From assembly GCA_903837605.1 (NCBI GenBank), contig CAILVF010000012.1, positions 15,679 to 79,678 on the forward strand: DNA of 64,000 nt, written 5' to 3'. Below the pieces are notes generated by a model that did no database searches, was not told the DNA's origin, and saw only the letters and a program-made list of their open reading frames with translations. Below are positions 29,201-38,100 of the stretch, piece by piece (the stretch's first letter is position 1; the number at the start of each line of letters is the position of its first letter). Source of the DNA: an uncultured Bacteroidales bacterium (GTDB lineage Bacteria; Bacteroidota; Bacteroidia; Bacteroidales; FEN-979). Made by a program: the position numbers and the translations under genes.

Positions 29201-31366
29201 GCATGGGATTTCATTGCATCAGGTCCCCTGAAAATCAAAGGCAGGGAGGAATTTAACGGGTTCTCAAAATTCGACCTCTATACTGAATTTTTCTGCAGCC
29301 CGTCGGAAACGCAACTTGTCTTCACTTATTCAGCCGCACTTTACCGCCGGGAGACCATGGAAGCGCTTGCCGCTCACCTGGTACAGATTTTATCCTCGGT
29401 ATGCGGGGCTCCCGGGGATCCCTTGTATGGACTCAGCATGATGTCTAGGTCAGAGTACGAAAAAGTGGTTTATGGCTGGAACAATACCCTGCACCCACTG
29501 CCCCCGGGAAAAACATTGCCGGGGATGATCCTGGAGCAGGTCTGCCTCACACCCGGCAATACAGCCCTTGTTTCGAGGACCACCAGCTATACGTACAGTG
29601 AAATGGGTGAAAAAGCCTCCATGCTTGCCGATGCCCTGAGGAAGCTTGGAATTAAAAAATCGGATCCCGTGGGGATACATCTTGAGAACTCACCCGACAT
29701 GGTCCTTTGCATCCTGGCCGTATTCCTGGCAGGAGCCGTATACATACCCCTGGATCCTTATTATCCCGAAGAGCGCCTGCGCTATGTAATTGAAAAGACC
29801 GGCACGAAACTCCTGGTCACCGATGAAGAAAGGAGAGACGGGAGGGAACACTTCCCGGCAAGGCTTGTGTCGCCCGGCGAACTCATGAATTTATCGGCTC
29901 CCGGCGGGGAGCCCAATTGCAGATGCAATGCGCAGGATGTTGCCTACATCATGTTCACCTCGGGCTCCACGGGAAATCCAAAAGGTGTAGTAATCAGGCA
30001 TGACAGCCTTCTCAACTTCCTTCTCTGGATGAAAGACGAACTGGCATTTGGCCCGGGCGATTCGTTTCTTTCCACGACATCGATCAATTTCGACATTTCG
30101 TTCCTGGAGCTGTTCACGCCCCTTATCAGCGGAGCCAGGCTGGTGATTGAAAAAAGGAGCGAGCTGCAGGCGCCCGAGAAAGTAGAAGCCATATTGAACG
30201 GGATGAAGGTGAATACGGTGCAGTTCGTCCCCTCGGGATGGAAAGCCCTTTGCGATGCGGGGGTGCCTTCCAGGGTCAAATCTCTTAAAACAATGATATC
30301 CGGCGGGGAGAAGCTCTCAAAGAACCTGCAGGAACAACTCTTTGCCCAGTCGGCTGCATCCCTGCTAAATCTTTACGGCCCTACCGAAGCCACGGTATAC
30401 ATGGCTTTCTGGCGTTGTGTAAGGGACAGCAGGCTTAGGATGGTTCCCATCGGGAGGCCTATATACAACGCAGCATTTTATATCCTTGACGGAGAGCTGA
30501 AGCCGGTCCCGGTGGGAGTGACAGGAGAAGCCTGGCTTGGGGGCAACATTCTTGCCGAAGGGTATTTTGATGATGATCTGCAGACGGCATCCCGTTTCCT
30601 GCCCGATCCTTTTTCAGGGGTGCCCGGGGCGAAGATGTACAGGGCAGGGGATCTTTGCCGTTTCCTTGCCGACGGAGCCATCGAGTTTCTCGGGCGCATC
30701 GACCACCAGGTCAAGGTCAGGGGTTTCAGGATAGAACCGGGTGAGGTCGAATCGACCATACTTCGTTTCAAAGGAGTTTCCAGGGCTATTGTCCATGCAC
30801 AGGAGCATGGGGAGGATGACATCCGCCTTACAGCCTTCCTTGTGCCTTCAGGCCCTGAAGGAGTCGATGAATACGCACTCAGGGAGTTCCTGAGGCTGCA
30901 TTTGCCTGCATATATGATACCCGGCCATTTCATTACGGCTCCCGCAATCCCGGCACTTCCCAACGGGAAAACTGATTACAAGTCGCTTCTGAAGATGAGG
31001 CCGGCAGCCCCTGTGCTCCCAAAGTTCATCAGGGAAAAGATGAATGAAACGGAGGAACAGCTCAAGAACATATGGAAAGATCTCCTGGGGCACGAATCCT
31101 TTACGGTGACCGACAATTTTTTTGAAGTCGGCGGGCACTCCCTTCTGCTGGTAAGGATGAAAGACCAGATTGCCGAAAAGATGAAAGAGGAAGTGAGCAT
31201 TGTCGATCTGTTTCATTATCCTACCATCAGGAGCATCTCTGTTTTCCTTAGGAAGGAGATTAAAGGCCACGACCATTCCGACATTGAAAGAAGGGTGGCA
31301 TCAAGGAATAAAAGTATCAGGCAACAAGTAAGCAAACGATTATTTCGCGGTAATAATGAACACTAA
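26285..31366 (+). CDS. nonribosomal peptide synthetase, two modules (A-T-C-A-T)
   Basis: GTG start. Module 1 motifs: YILYTSGSTGNPKGV, NLYGPTE, GRKDQQVKIRGYRVE, PNGKTDR, FFDLGGNSL. The condensation motif is HHIVFDGLS. Module 2 motifs: YIMFTSGSTGNPKGV, NLYGPTE, GRIDHQVKVRGFRIE, PNGKTDY, FFEVGGHSL. Confidence 0.95.
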   Translation: MNRFTPIHEEIFSIAATKPADAAVIQGGEILTYGDLESFSSTLAALLRDLGSGPGKCVGIYLEPSLRMAVCLLAVLKSGAAYIPVSPAFPAERIKFILDDAGACLLISDPLLPQPYGLEKTKIFFPDWDLVTDPQRQRKCEALHPEPADLAYILYTSGSTGNPKGVMIEHRNLSYYVHWFCEKVMPQTRVALPLTSSFIFAAAVTQFYSTLLDGRALHILDPMLIRQPAALMEWYTHHPGHGIYCVPTLWSGILGFLRSADGRVPGLTPPPVVYLSGEAVPDEMIETTFESLPQSQLWNLYGPTEATANITACRLYPGDKSHIGNPLDGTRVFIVDENLEPVKQGEIGELLASGEGIARGYVNLPELTASTFIYRGMNGEENLKLYRSGDLVREEAPGKLKFIGRKDQQVKIRGYRVELSEIEHALSAVPSVKHAAVRALENGGESKTLVAWLMFRENGSMSIPQLRSILGRTLPDFMLPERFIILDRFPLLPNGKTDRRSLPLPGSERPELGYPAAVAVSAGEKAMVRIWEEVLGMEGIGTDDNFFDLGGNSLKANALSIETRLRMEGQVSLRDIFENPTPAGLLRIAVARKGTVEENKVIPALESPVSDIRERSVKDASENQKALWFLQHAEPQLCAYNIFYSVCLDGPLDVNHLGGALERILEVNPGLTSAFLPGADSPVEKSIPGQGNSTREIMTVITGQSVSREDALGLARLEASKPFELGKGSPFRFILYSTGHDSHILAVIIHHIVFDGLSFGNFLLQLRDFYDEAKAGLRPAGSRRMDRISSFAAEERAYLESAAYQSDRAYWKNLLGGVSTFYELPTDFVRPEGMSQAGGQVRTKIDPALMERLKAFSDSSGASMFMTCLAAFSVLLYRHSGRLDFLIATPVANRNSRDLLGSLGYYVNTMLFRTGIDPALPFAGWLGRLKEQTLESLSHSRFPLNHLTGLILTDRIPGINPFFQVMFAYHETAWDFIASGPLKIKGREEFNGFSKFDLYTEFFCSPSETQLVFTYSAALYRRETMEALAAHLVQILSSVCGAPGDPLYGLSMMSRSEYEKVVYGWNNTLHPLPPGKTLPGMILEQVCLTPGNTALVSRTTSYTYSEMGEKASMLADALRKLGIKKSDPVGIHLENSPDMVLCILAVFLAGAVYIPLDPYYPEERLRYVIEKTGTKLLVTDEERRDGREHFPARLVSPGELMNLSAPGGEPNCRCNAQDVAYIMFTSGSTGNPKGVVIRHDSLLNFLLWMKDELAFGPGDSFLSTTSINFDISFLELFTPLISGARLVIEKRSELQAPEKVEAILNGMKVNTVQFVPSGWKALCDAGVPSRVKSLKTMISGGEKLSKNLQEQLFAQSAASLLNLYGPTEATVYMAFWRCVRDSRLRMVPIGRPIYNAAFYILDGELKPVPVGVTGEAWLGGNILAEGYFDDDLQTASRFLPDPFSGVPGAKMYRAGDLCRFLADGAIEFLGRIDHQVKVRGFRIEPGEVESTILRFKGVSRAIVHAQEHGEDDIRLTAFLVPSGPEGVDEYALREFLRLHLPAYMIPGHFITAPAIPALPNGKTDYKSLLKMRPAAPVLPKFIREKMNETEEQLKNIWKDLLGHESFTVTDNFFEVGGHSLLLVRMKDQIAEKMKEEVSIVDLFHYPTIRSISVFLRKEIKGHDHSDIERRVASRNKSIRQQVSKRLFRGNNEH
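26297..27784 (+). other. NRPS1 adenylation domain A1 (starter; lacks Asp235)
   Basis: Core motifs A3-A10 are intact. The A4 region reads SSFIFAAAVTQFYSTLLDG, where FDxS is normally found. Confidence 0.85.
27842..28054 (+). other. NRPS1 thiolation (PCP) domain T1
   Basis: FFDLGGNSLKA; the phosphopantetheine Ser is at aa 553. Confidence 0.85.
28136..29434 (+). other. NRPS1 condensation domain
   Basis: HHIVFDGLS (HHxxxDG) at aa 750-758, plus the flanking C-domain architecture. Confidence 0.85.
29507..30979 (+). other. NRPS1 adenylation domain A2 (hand-read code DILQIGLVYK, Gly-like)
   Basis: Code residues come from INFDISFLE, TVQFVPS, MISGGE, LNLYGPTEATVY and the Lys of PNGKTDY. Compare the published Gly code DILQLGLIWK. 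Confidence 0.7.
31037..31249 (+). other. NRPS1 thiolation domain T2
   Basis: FFEVGGHSLLL; Ser at aa 1619 (nt 31139-31141, TCC). Confidence 0.85.
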
Positions 31367-34300
31367 TATGAGCACGATGAGCGAAAGCGGATCAAATAAT
31401 ATGGAAGGCAAAATAGCTATCATTGGAATGGACTGCCGTTTGCCGGGAGCCGGTAATGTTGGTGAATACTGGAAGAACCTGGTCAACGGGCTGGAAACCC
31501 TGAGCACTTTTACCGACGAGGAACTGATCGCATCGGGAGTAGATCCTGCGGTGTTCCGGCAGCCGAACTACATCAGGAACCGCGGGATCATCGGCGGTGC
31601 CGAGTTTTTTGATGCTGAATTTTTCGGCTTCACCCCCCGCGACGCCGAATTGCTGGATCCCCAGCAGAGGATATTTCTCGAATGCGCATGGCATGCGCTG
31701 GAAGACGCAGGGGTTGATCCGTATAATACCCGGGAAAGGATAGGTGTTTTCGGAGGCACGGGCACCCCGCTTCATCTTATTGAGACCATGGAGAACCCCT
31801 GGGTTAGGAAGAACGCCAGCGGTGCTTCTATTGTAACCAGCAACGACAAGGACTATGTGACGACGAGAGTGTCGTACAAACTCAATCTCACCGGGCCCAG
31901 CGTGAACGTGCAGAGCGCGTGTTCGACTTCGCTGGTGGCCGTGGTCACGGGGATCAACAGCCTCATCAGTTACCAGAGCGACCTGATCATTGCCGGCGGG
32001 GCAACCATTGAACTACCCGAAAGGCATGGCTATTTATACCAGGCAGGCGGAATGGAATCGGCCGACGGCCATTGCAGGACATTCGACAAGGATGCCAACG
32101 GCACTGTCTTCAGCAGGGGCTGCGGAGTGGTGGTCCTGAAACGACTGGAAGATGCAGTGAGGGACAGGAATAATATTTATGCCGTCATCCTGGGGGGTGC
32201 CATCAACAATGACGGGAATAAAAAAGCGGGATTCACGGCTCCCTCCGTTGAGGGACAGGTGGAGGTGATCACCGAAGCCCTGGCCATTTCGGATGTGTCG
32301 GCCGACACTATCACCTATGTGGAAGCCCATGGGACGGCCACGCCTGTGGGAGATCCCATCGAAGTCACTTCTCTTTCGGAATCGTTCAGGAAGCATTCCC
32401 GGCGCAAGCAATACTGTGCCATTGGTTCCGTGAAGTCCAACATAGGCCATACCGATATCGCCTCCGGGGCGGCAAGCCTGATCAAAACGGCCCTTTGCCT
32501 TAAAAATCGAAAGATACCGGCCAGCCTGCATTTTAATGAACCAAACCCGAAGATCGATTTCCCCAACAGCCCTTTCTTTGTAAATACAGAGTTAAGGGAA
32601 TGGCAGGCCGTGGACGGGACCCCTCTCAGGGCCCTGGTAAACGCTTTCGGAGTAGGAGGGACGAACGCCTGCCTGATCCTGGAAGAAGCACCGCCACCTG
32701 AACCGGTCAAAGCTGATCTTCCCTGCGACCTGCTGCTGGTCTCGGGCCGGAGCTCAAATGCCGTATCGGAAGCCCAGCGTGCGATCAGGGCTTTCCTTGA
32801 GTCGGATCCCGCAGCCGACCCTCATGCAATTGCCTTCACCTCACGTTATGGCCGCCATCATTTTCTCAACCGGGCAGCCATCCCTTTCAGGAGCAGGGAA
32901 GAATTGATTTCACAACTGGGGAGCCGCGTACCTGTCCCCATTAAAAATGACAGCCGCAAGCCTGTCGTCTTTATGTTCCCAGGCCAGGGGAACCAGTATA
33001 TCCGCATGGGCCTGCCCCTGTATGAGTCCAATGAGGTCTTCAGAAACACCATTGACCAGTGCTCAGAGATCCTTAAGCAGGAACTCGGGTTCGATATCCG
33101 CACGGTCTTGTTCCCGTCCCCCTCTGATGAGCTTGACGCGGCTCAAAGGATCAATGAAACCTGGATCACCCAGCCGGCCCTGTTCTTGGTAAGCTATGCC
33201 CAGGCGAAGCTGCTGATGTCGCTCGGTATAGAACCCGACATGCTCATCGGCCACAGCGTTGGGGAATATGTTGCCGCCGCGATCTCGGGAGTGTTTTCAC
33301 TGCAGGATGCCCTGAAAGCCGTTGCCAGGAGGGGCAGGCTGATCCAGGACCTGCCCGGGGGTTCCATGCTGGCCGTCCTGATGACCGAAGAACAGCTCAA
33401 CCCCATTCTTCCCGAAGGCCTTGAAATAGCCGTTGTGAACAGCCCGGGATTATGCGTAGCCTCAGGGCCTGCCGAACTCATCGACCGTTTTTCGGAAGAG
33501 CTGAACAAAACCAGGACATTCAATAAAAAAATCCCTACCTCCCACGCCTTTCATTCAGCCATGATGGATCCCGTGCTGCCGGTGTTTGCTGAGTTTTTCA
33601 AACAGGTGAAGCTTTCGCCCCCGACCATCCCCATCGCTTCTACGGTGACCGGCCAGTGGATGGAGCCGGAACAGGCCACCAATCCCGATTTCTGGGTGAA
33701 GCATGTTAGGAAAACCGTCAGGTTCGGCAATGCCGCCAGGCTATGCCTGGAAGGCAAACCGGCTGTCTTCATTGAGTCGGGCCCGGGCCAGAGCCTTGAG
33801 TCGGCGGTCAAACGGCAACTCACAAAAGAAACTGAACATGCCGTGTTAAGCACCATCCCGTCGGTTGACAACAAGGCCGACGGCCTCCTCTTCCAGTATG
33901 CCGCCATCGGGCAGGTGTGGGCCTCGGGAGGACCATTAAGCTGGGAGCTCTTTGACAGGCGGGAAGGCAGGCTGGTTTCCTACCCTCTCTATCCTTATGA
34001 GCGCAAGCCATACATGATCGATTTCAGCAGGAAAGAAGGGGCAAAAATCAAATCGGAAAACAAAAAGAAGCCCGACCCTGGGCATTGGTTCTATATACCG
34101 GGATGGAAACGTACTGCCCCCGCCGGCCTCATCCCGTCCAACGGGATGGCCGATCACCGGGCAGACCGGGAGAAGGCTTGCTGGCTGCTGTTTGTTGATA
34201 CAGGGGACTTATGCAATGAAGTTGCGGCTCAGCTCATAAAGGCAGGTGAAAAGATTTTTTACGTGAACAGGGGTGCCGCCTTTGAGAGGAAAGGAAATGT

Positions 34301-36956
34301 TTTCACAATCGATGCCGCGTTGCCGGAACATTATTCCCGCCTGGTATCAGGATTGAAGTCAGAGGGACTTGAGCCATTACATATCGTCCATGCCTGGAGT
34401 TATGGGCAGGCGCCGGGTGAAGGGCATCTTCAGCCGGAACAGTCCGGGAAGATCGCCCTTGATCATTTTTACGGCCCCATGTACCTGGAGCAGGCCCTCA
34501 TCGGTGGCGGACTTGTCAAGGATGTGTTCCTTCTGTTCGTTACAAGCCATCTTTATGATGTAACAGGTGAAGATGTCGTTGCCCCTGAAAAGGCCCTTCT
34601 TGCAGGACCCGCGAAGGTCATAGGGCAGGAGCACCCGGGCATCATCAGCAGGCTGGCCGACCTCCCTCCCCCGGGCGGCAGGGAAAGCACTGCAGAACTA
34701 GCCAAAGCCGTGATAGACGAATGCCGGCTCCCGGCCGATGAAACCATCGTCGCATACAGGAACGGGATCAGGTGGACTGAAGACTACTGTATGTTCACTC
34801 CTCCGGAAGAAGGGAAGGCGGGGATGAACCTCGTTGAAAACGGGGTTTACCTGGTTACAGGCGGTGTGAGCGGAGTCGGGATGGAACTTGCAAAATATAT
34901 CGCAGGTACTGTGAAGTGCACCCTGGTGCTCACCCACCGTTCACCGCTCCCTCCAAGGAGCATGTGGGAGAAGATATCAGGCTCCGATGCTGATGATACC
35001 ACCTCGGCAAGGATAAGGAACATACTGGCACTGGAATCCCAGGGCGCAAACGTAGTCCTGGGTTGCTTCGATGCAGCTGATGAAAAGTCAAGCAGGGCGC
35101 TTGTAGAGGAAGTTGAAAAAAAATACGGAGCCGTAAAAGGGGTCCTTCATTCGGCAGGCATGCCGGGGGCGGGGGTTATCGCATTAAAGGATAAGGAACA
35201 GGCCGACCTTGTATTGAAATCAAAACTGGATGGAACTCTCATCCTTCATGATATCTTCAGGGAGAGGAAACTGGATTTCTTTTTCCTGTTTTCTTCCGTA
35301 TCGGCTATTTTCGGGGAAGCCGCAAGAATAGATTACACTGCAGCCAACTCCTTCATGGATTCCTTTGCCCAATACAGGAAAAAGACAAACGGCGACGGTA
35401 CCGTCTCCATCAACTGGGGGCAATGGGGTGTGATCGGTATGGCCGCCAACTGGGAAAAGGTGAAGGCTGAGAAGAAACAGCAGCTTCAATCGGGCATAGG
35501 CTTTTCCTCCAAAGAACCAAGGAACGGGATAAGGATTGAGTTCCAGTCGGAAGAAAACGGGCAGGAAACCTGGAAGGTAGATCTTGACCCGGAAACGGAC
35601 TGGGTGCTTGGTTCGCACCGTTTATCGGGGAAGCCTGCCTTCATTGGGATCTCCACTCTAGAGATCCTTCACCTTTACTGTAAAGCAAAACTCCCTTCGG
35701 CACACGTGGAGATACCGACTCTGTCGTTTGTCACCCCGCTGATCTATGAACCCGGTGTGAAACGAAAGATACGCCTCCTTGTAAAGCCTTCGGGCGATGC
35801 ACTTGCCTTCAGGATCAGCAGTACGGAAGATAAGATTAAACAGGGCCGTGAGATGTGGATGGACCATGTGAAAGGTGAATTCCTGCTCTCGACTGAACTG
35901 CCATCCGCAGTCCTTGATATAAATGAACTTAAAGCAAGGATAGGTTTGCAGAAAGACGAAGGCTCCCATTTCCTAGAATTGATCGATGACGAAGGCAGGC
36001 CGGTACTGAAGTACGACGAGCGATGGGACTGCAAAAGGAACAATTATCATAACGGGAAAGAATTCCTTATCGAGATCGGGCTCAGGGAGGAGTTTCACCA
36101 CGACCTGGAACATTTCTCCTTTCACCCGGCTATGATAGATGTAGCCACCTCCTGCTCAATTCCCCTGGTCAATCCGGCACTTTCCCTCCCATTCTCCTAC
36201 CGCGACATCAGGGCTTACCGCCCGTTGCCGGCTCATTTCTGGTGCCATTCGGTACTCGATGGGAACTGGAAAAAAGAAGATGAGGAAATGAAATTCCGCA
36301 TCGGGCTGTACGATACTGAAGGAAGACTGCTGGCATCCATTGCACAGGTCTCCTTCAAACTGCTTGTGAAGAATGCCGGAAAGGCAAGCCAGGAAACCAG
36401 ACCTGAAAATGAAACCAGGCCTCCGGCCGATCTCAGCGCTTATGCAGGCAAGAACGACATACTTCCTGAAGAAGGGGTGGATGTGTTCAGGCGCCTTCTT
36501 GCCTTTACCGGCTTCCCCCAGGTTGTGATCAACACCACCGACCTGGTCCAGGACATCCTCGAAGAAAGGCCTTCATACAAAAAGAAAGAAAAAAAGGAAA
36601 AAGAAGAAGTGAAACAGGAAAGCGGCTCCACTTATGAACGCCCGCAGCTTTCCACTCCATACGAGGCGCCTTCCAATGAAGTGGAGACGGCGGTTTCCGC
36701 CATCTGGCAGGGGATACTCGGCATTGACAAGATCGGTGTCAATGACACTTTCATGGAACTCGGGGGCAATTCGCTCCTGGCCATTCAGACCATTTCCAAT
36801 GTCGCCGATGAATTCGACCTGGAACTTCAGCCGGCCGTGTTTTTCGAAAACCCCACGGTCAGGGGGCTTTCAAACAGGATAGTGGAGATGATCATTGCCA
36901 TGAAAGGCGCCGACGAACTAGAAGCCATGTTAAACGACATTGAAAATGAATCATGA
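31356..36956 (+). CDS. type I polyketide synthase module (KS-AT-KR-DH-ACP)
   Basis: The start overlaps the NRPS1 stop by 11 nt. KS motifs: IIGMDCRLPG, VQSACSTSL, EAHGTATPVGDP, KSNIGHT. AT motifs: FPGQGNQ, GHSVGEY, HAFHS. KR motifs: VYLVTGGVSGVG, SSVSAIFG..IDYTAAN. DH-like motifs: GSHRLSGKPAFIG, HPAMIDVATS. ACP motif: ELGGNSLLA. Confidence 0.95.
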   Translation: MNTNMSTMSESGSNNMEGKIAIIGMDCRLPGAGNVGEYWKNLVNGLETLSTFTDEELIASGVDPAVFRQPNYIRNRGIIGGAEFFDAEFFGFTPRDAELLDPQQRIFLECAWHALEDAGVDPYNTRERIGVFGGTGTPLHLIETMENPWVRKNASGASIVTSNDKDYVTTRVSYKLNLTGPSVNVQSACSTSLVAVVTGINSLISYQSDLIIAGGATIELPERHGYLYQAGGMESADGHCRTFDKDANGTVFSRGCGVVVLKRLEDAVRDRNNIYAVILGGAINNDGNKKAGFTAPSVEGQVEVITEALAISDVSADTITYVEAHGTATPVGDPIEVTSLSESFRKHSRRKQYCAIGSVKSNIGHTDIASGAASLIKTALCLKNRKIPASLHFNEPNPKIDFPNSPFFVNTELREWQAVDGTPLRALVNAFGVGGTNACLILEEAPPPEPVKADLPCDLLLVSGRSSNAVSEAQRAIRAFLESDPAADPHAIAFTSRYGRHHFLNRAAIPFRSREELISQLGSRVPVPIKNDSRKPVVFMFPGQGNQYIRMGLPLYESNEVFRNTIDQCSEILKQELGFDIRTVLFPSPSDELDAAQRINETWITQPALFLVSYAQAKLLMSLGIEPDMLIGHSVGEYVAAAISGVFSLQDALKAVARRGRLIQDLPGGSMLAVLMTEEQLNPILPEGLEIAVVNSPGLCVASGPAELIDRFSEELNKTRTFNKKIPTSHAFHSAMMDPVLPVFAEFFKQVKLSPPTIPIASTVTGQWMEPEQATNPDFWVKHVRKTVRFGNAARLCLEGKPAVFIESGPGQSLESAVKRQLTKETEHAVLSTIPSVDNKADGLLFQYAAIGQVWASGGPLSWELFDRREGRLVSYPLYPYERKPYMIDFSRKEGAKIKSENKKKPDPGHWFYIPGWKRTAPAGLIPSNGMADHRADREKACWLLFVDTGDLCNEVAAQLIKAGEKIFYVNRGAAFERKGNVFTIDAALPEHYSRLVSGLKSEGLEPLHIVHAWSYGQAPGEGHLQPEQSGKIALDHFYGPMYLEQALIGGGLVKDVFLLFVTSHLYDVTGEDVVAPEKALLAGPAKVIGQEHPGIISRLADLPPPGGRESTAELAKAVIDECRLPADETIVAYRNGIRWTEDYCMFTPPEEGKAGMNLVENGVYLVTGGVSGVGMELAKYIAGTVKCTLVLTHRSPLPPRSMWEKISGSDADDTTSARIRNILALESQGANVVLGCFDAADEKSSRALVEEVEKKYGAVKGVLHSAGMPGAGVIALKDKEQADLVLKSKLDGTLILHDIFRERKLDFFFLFSSVSAIFGEAARIDYTAANSFMDSFAQYRKKTNGDGTVSINWGQWGVIGMAANWEKVKAEKKQQLQSGIGFSSKEPRNGIRIEFQSEENGQETWKVDLDPETDWVLGSHRLSGKPAFIGISTLEILHLYCKAKLPSAHVEIPTLSFVTPLIYEPGVKRKIRLLVKPSGDALAFRISSTEDKIKQGREMWMDHVKGEFLLSTELPSAVLDINELKARIGLQKDEGSHFLELIDDEGRPVLKYDERWDCKRNNYHNGKEFLIEIGLREEFHHDLEHFSFHPAMIDVATSCSIPLVNPALSLPFSYRDIRAYRPLPAHFWCHSVLDGNWKKEDEEMKFRIGLYDTEGRLLASIAQVSFKLLVKNAGKASQETRPENETRPPADLSAYAGKNDILPEEGVDVFRRLLAFTGFPQVVINTTDLVQDILEERPSYKKKEKKEKEEVKQESGSTYERPQLSTPYEAPSNEVETAVSAIWQGILGIDKIGVNDTFMELGGNSLLAIQTISNVADEFDLELQPAVFFENPTVRGLSNRIVEMIIAMKGADELEAMLNDIENES
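31404..32690 (+). other. PKS ketosynthase domain
   Basis: Cys189 (SACSTS), His325 (HGTAT) and His365 (NIGHT) are all present. Confidence 0.9.
32958..33905 (+). other. PKS acyltransferase domain, malonyl-CoA type
   Basis: GHSVGEY active site, and HAFHS rather than YASH. Confidence 0.8.
34068..35450 (+). other. PKS ketoreductase domain (structural + catalytic subdomains)
   Basis: Rossmann motif TGGVSGVGMELA. The catalytic Tyr is in IDYTAAN (aa 1327). Confidence 0.8.
35538..36365 (+). other. PKS dehydratase-like (PS-DH hot-dog) domain located after the KR
   Basis: The HxxxGxxxx(P->I) motif is at aa 1421-1430 (HRLSGKPAFI). An HPALLD-like FHPAMIDVATS contains Asp1595. Confidence 0.6.
36663..36890 (+). 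other. PKS acyl carrier protein domain
   Basis: FMELGGNSLLAIQ with Ser1806, preceded by the K/E-rich linker YKKKEKKEKEEVKQE. Confidence 0.85.
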
Positions 36957-38091
36957 CGATCTACTGAAAAAGATTGCCGGGCTGAGCCCGGTCCAGAAGG
37001 AAGCCCTGCTGAAAAAGCTGGGGATTTCTTCAATTAAATCCTCTGCGGATGAGTGCGCGGGTGAGAAGGAAAAGCTTCCCGGCTGTGCTTGTTTTGCCTG
37101 CGATTTCGGATTGCCCGGATCGCTGAACATCAGTTTCAGGGAAGCCGCAACCGGGCCCCCGCCTCCGGGTTATGTCCAGGTTAAAGCAAAGGCCGCCAGC
37201 CTGAACTACCGCGACCTGATGATCGCCATGGGGCATTACCCCGCTGCTCCGGGCGTGCCATCCAACATGGGTTCCGATTTTGCCGGGATTGTAACGTCAG
37301 TGGGGGAAGGAGTAAGTGAGTTCAGGGAGGGGGACGAGGTGATCGCCCTTTCGGCAGGAACATTCCTGGAAGGGGCGGTTCAGCCGGGCAGCCATTTTAT
37401 AAACGTGTTCAATGTAAACCGTCTGCAGCTGGCTCCCAAGCCGAAAACCCTGGATTTTGAGCAGGCGGCAGCGATCCCCACGGTATATCTCACGGCTTTT
37501 TCGGCCTTGCTCAGGCTTGGCCGTCTCAGCGAAAATGAAACCGTTTTGATCCATACCGCCACCGGGGGCGTTGGATTGGCAGCACTGGGGATTGCCCGCT
37601 GGAAAAAAGCAGTGGTCTATGCGACGGCAGGCACCCCCGAAAAAAGGGATTTTCTTAAAAGCAAAGGGATTGCCGAACCCATGGATTCCCGTTCTGAAGC
37701 TTTTGCCGGCAGGATCATGGAACTTACAGGGGGCCGGGGAGTGGATATTGTCATGAACACCCTCTCGGGAAATGCCATGATGAAAGGCCTTGAAATACTT
37801 TCACCATTCGGGCGCTTCATCCAGATCGATAAAAAAGATATTGCTATGAACACCCCCCTGCCCATGGGCTTGTTCAGGAAGGGGATAACGTTCAGCGCAC
37901 TTGACATATCACTTTATCTTCTGCAACCCGCCATGCTCAGGGAGCAGATGCATGAGATCATTACGCTGCACGATGAGAAAATATTCGAACCGCTGCCGCT
38001 TCAGGCATGGCCCGTAAGCCGACTGAAAGAGGCTCTAACCGTAATGTCGCGTTCGAAACATATCGGTAAACTCATACTTACCTATCCTTAG
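36946..38091 (+). CDS. stand-alone MDR-family enoyl reductase (PKS_ER / quinone-oxidoreductase-like) with an N-terminal docking-like peptide
   Basis: The ATG at 36946 overlaps the PKS stop by 11 nt; the listed 36940 is a TTG. MDR motifs: VQVKAKAASLNYRDLMIAMGHYP, GDEVIAL, VLIHTATGGVGLAAL. The N-terminal ~60 aa are not part of the MDR fold and carry LSPVQKEALLKKLG. Confidence 0.8.
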   Translation: MNHDDLLKKIAGLSPVQKEALLKKLGISSIKSSADECAGEKEKLPGCACFACDFGLPGSLNISFREAATGPPPPGYVQVKAKAASLNYRDLMIAMGHYPAAPGVPSNMGSDFAGIVTSVGEGVSEFREGDEVIALSAGTFLEGAVQPGSHFINVFNVNRLQLAPKPKTLDFEQAAAIPTVYLTAFSALLRLGRLSENETVLIHTATGGVGLAALGIARWKKAVVYATAGTPEKRDFLKSKGIAEPMDSRSEAFAGRIMELTGGRGVDIVMNTLSGNAMMKGLEILSPFGRFIQIDKKDIAMNTPLPMGLFRKGITFSALDISLYLLQPAMLREQMHEIITLHDEKIFEPLPLQAWPVSRLKEALTVMSRSKHIGKLILTYP

Positions 38092-38100
38092 GAAAAAGCC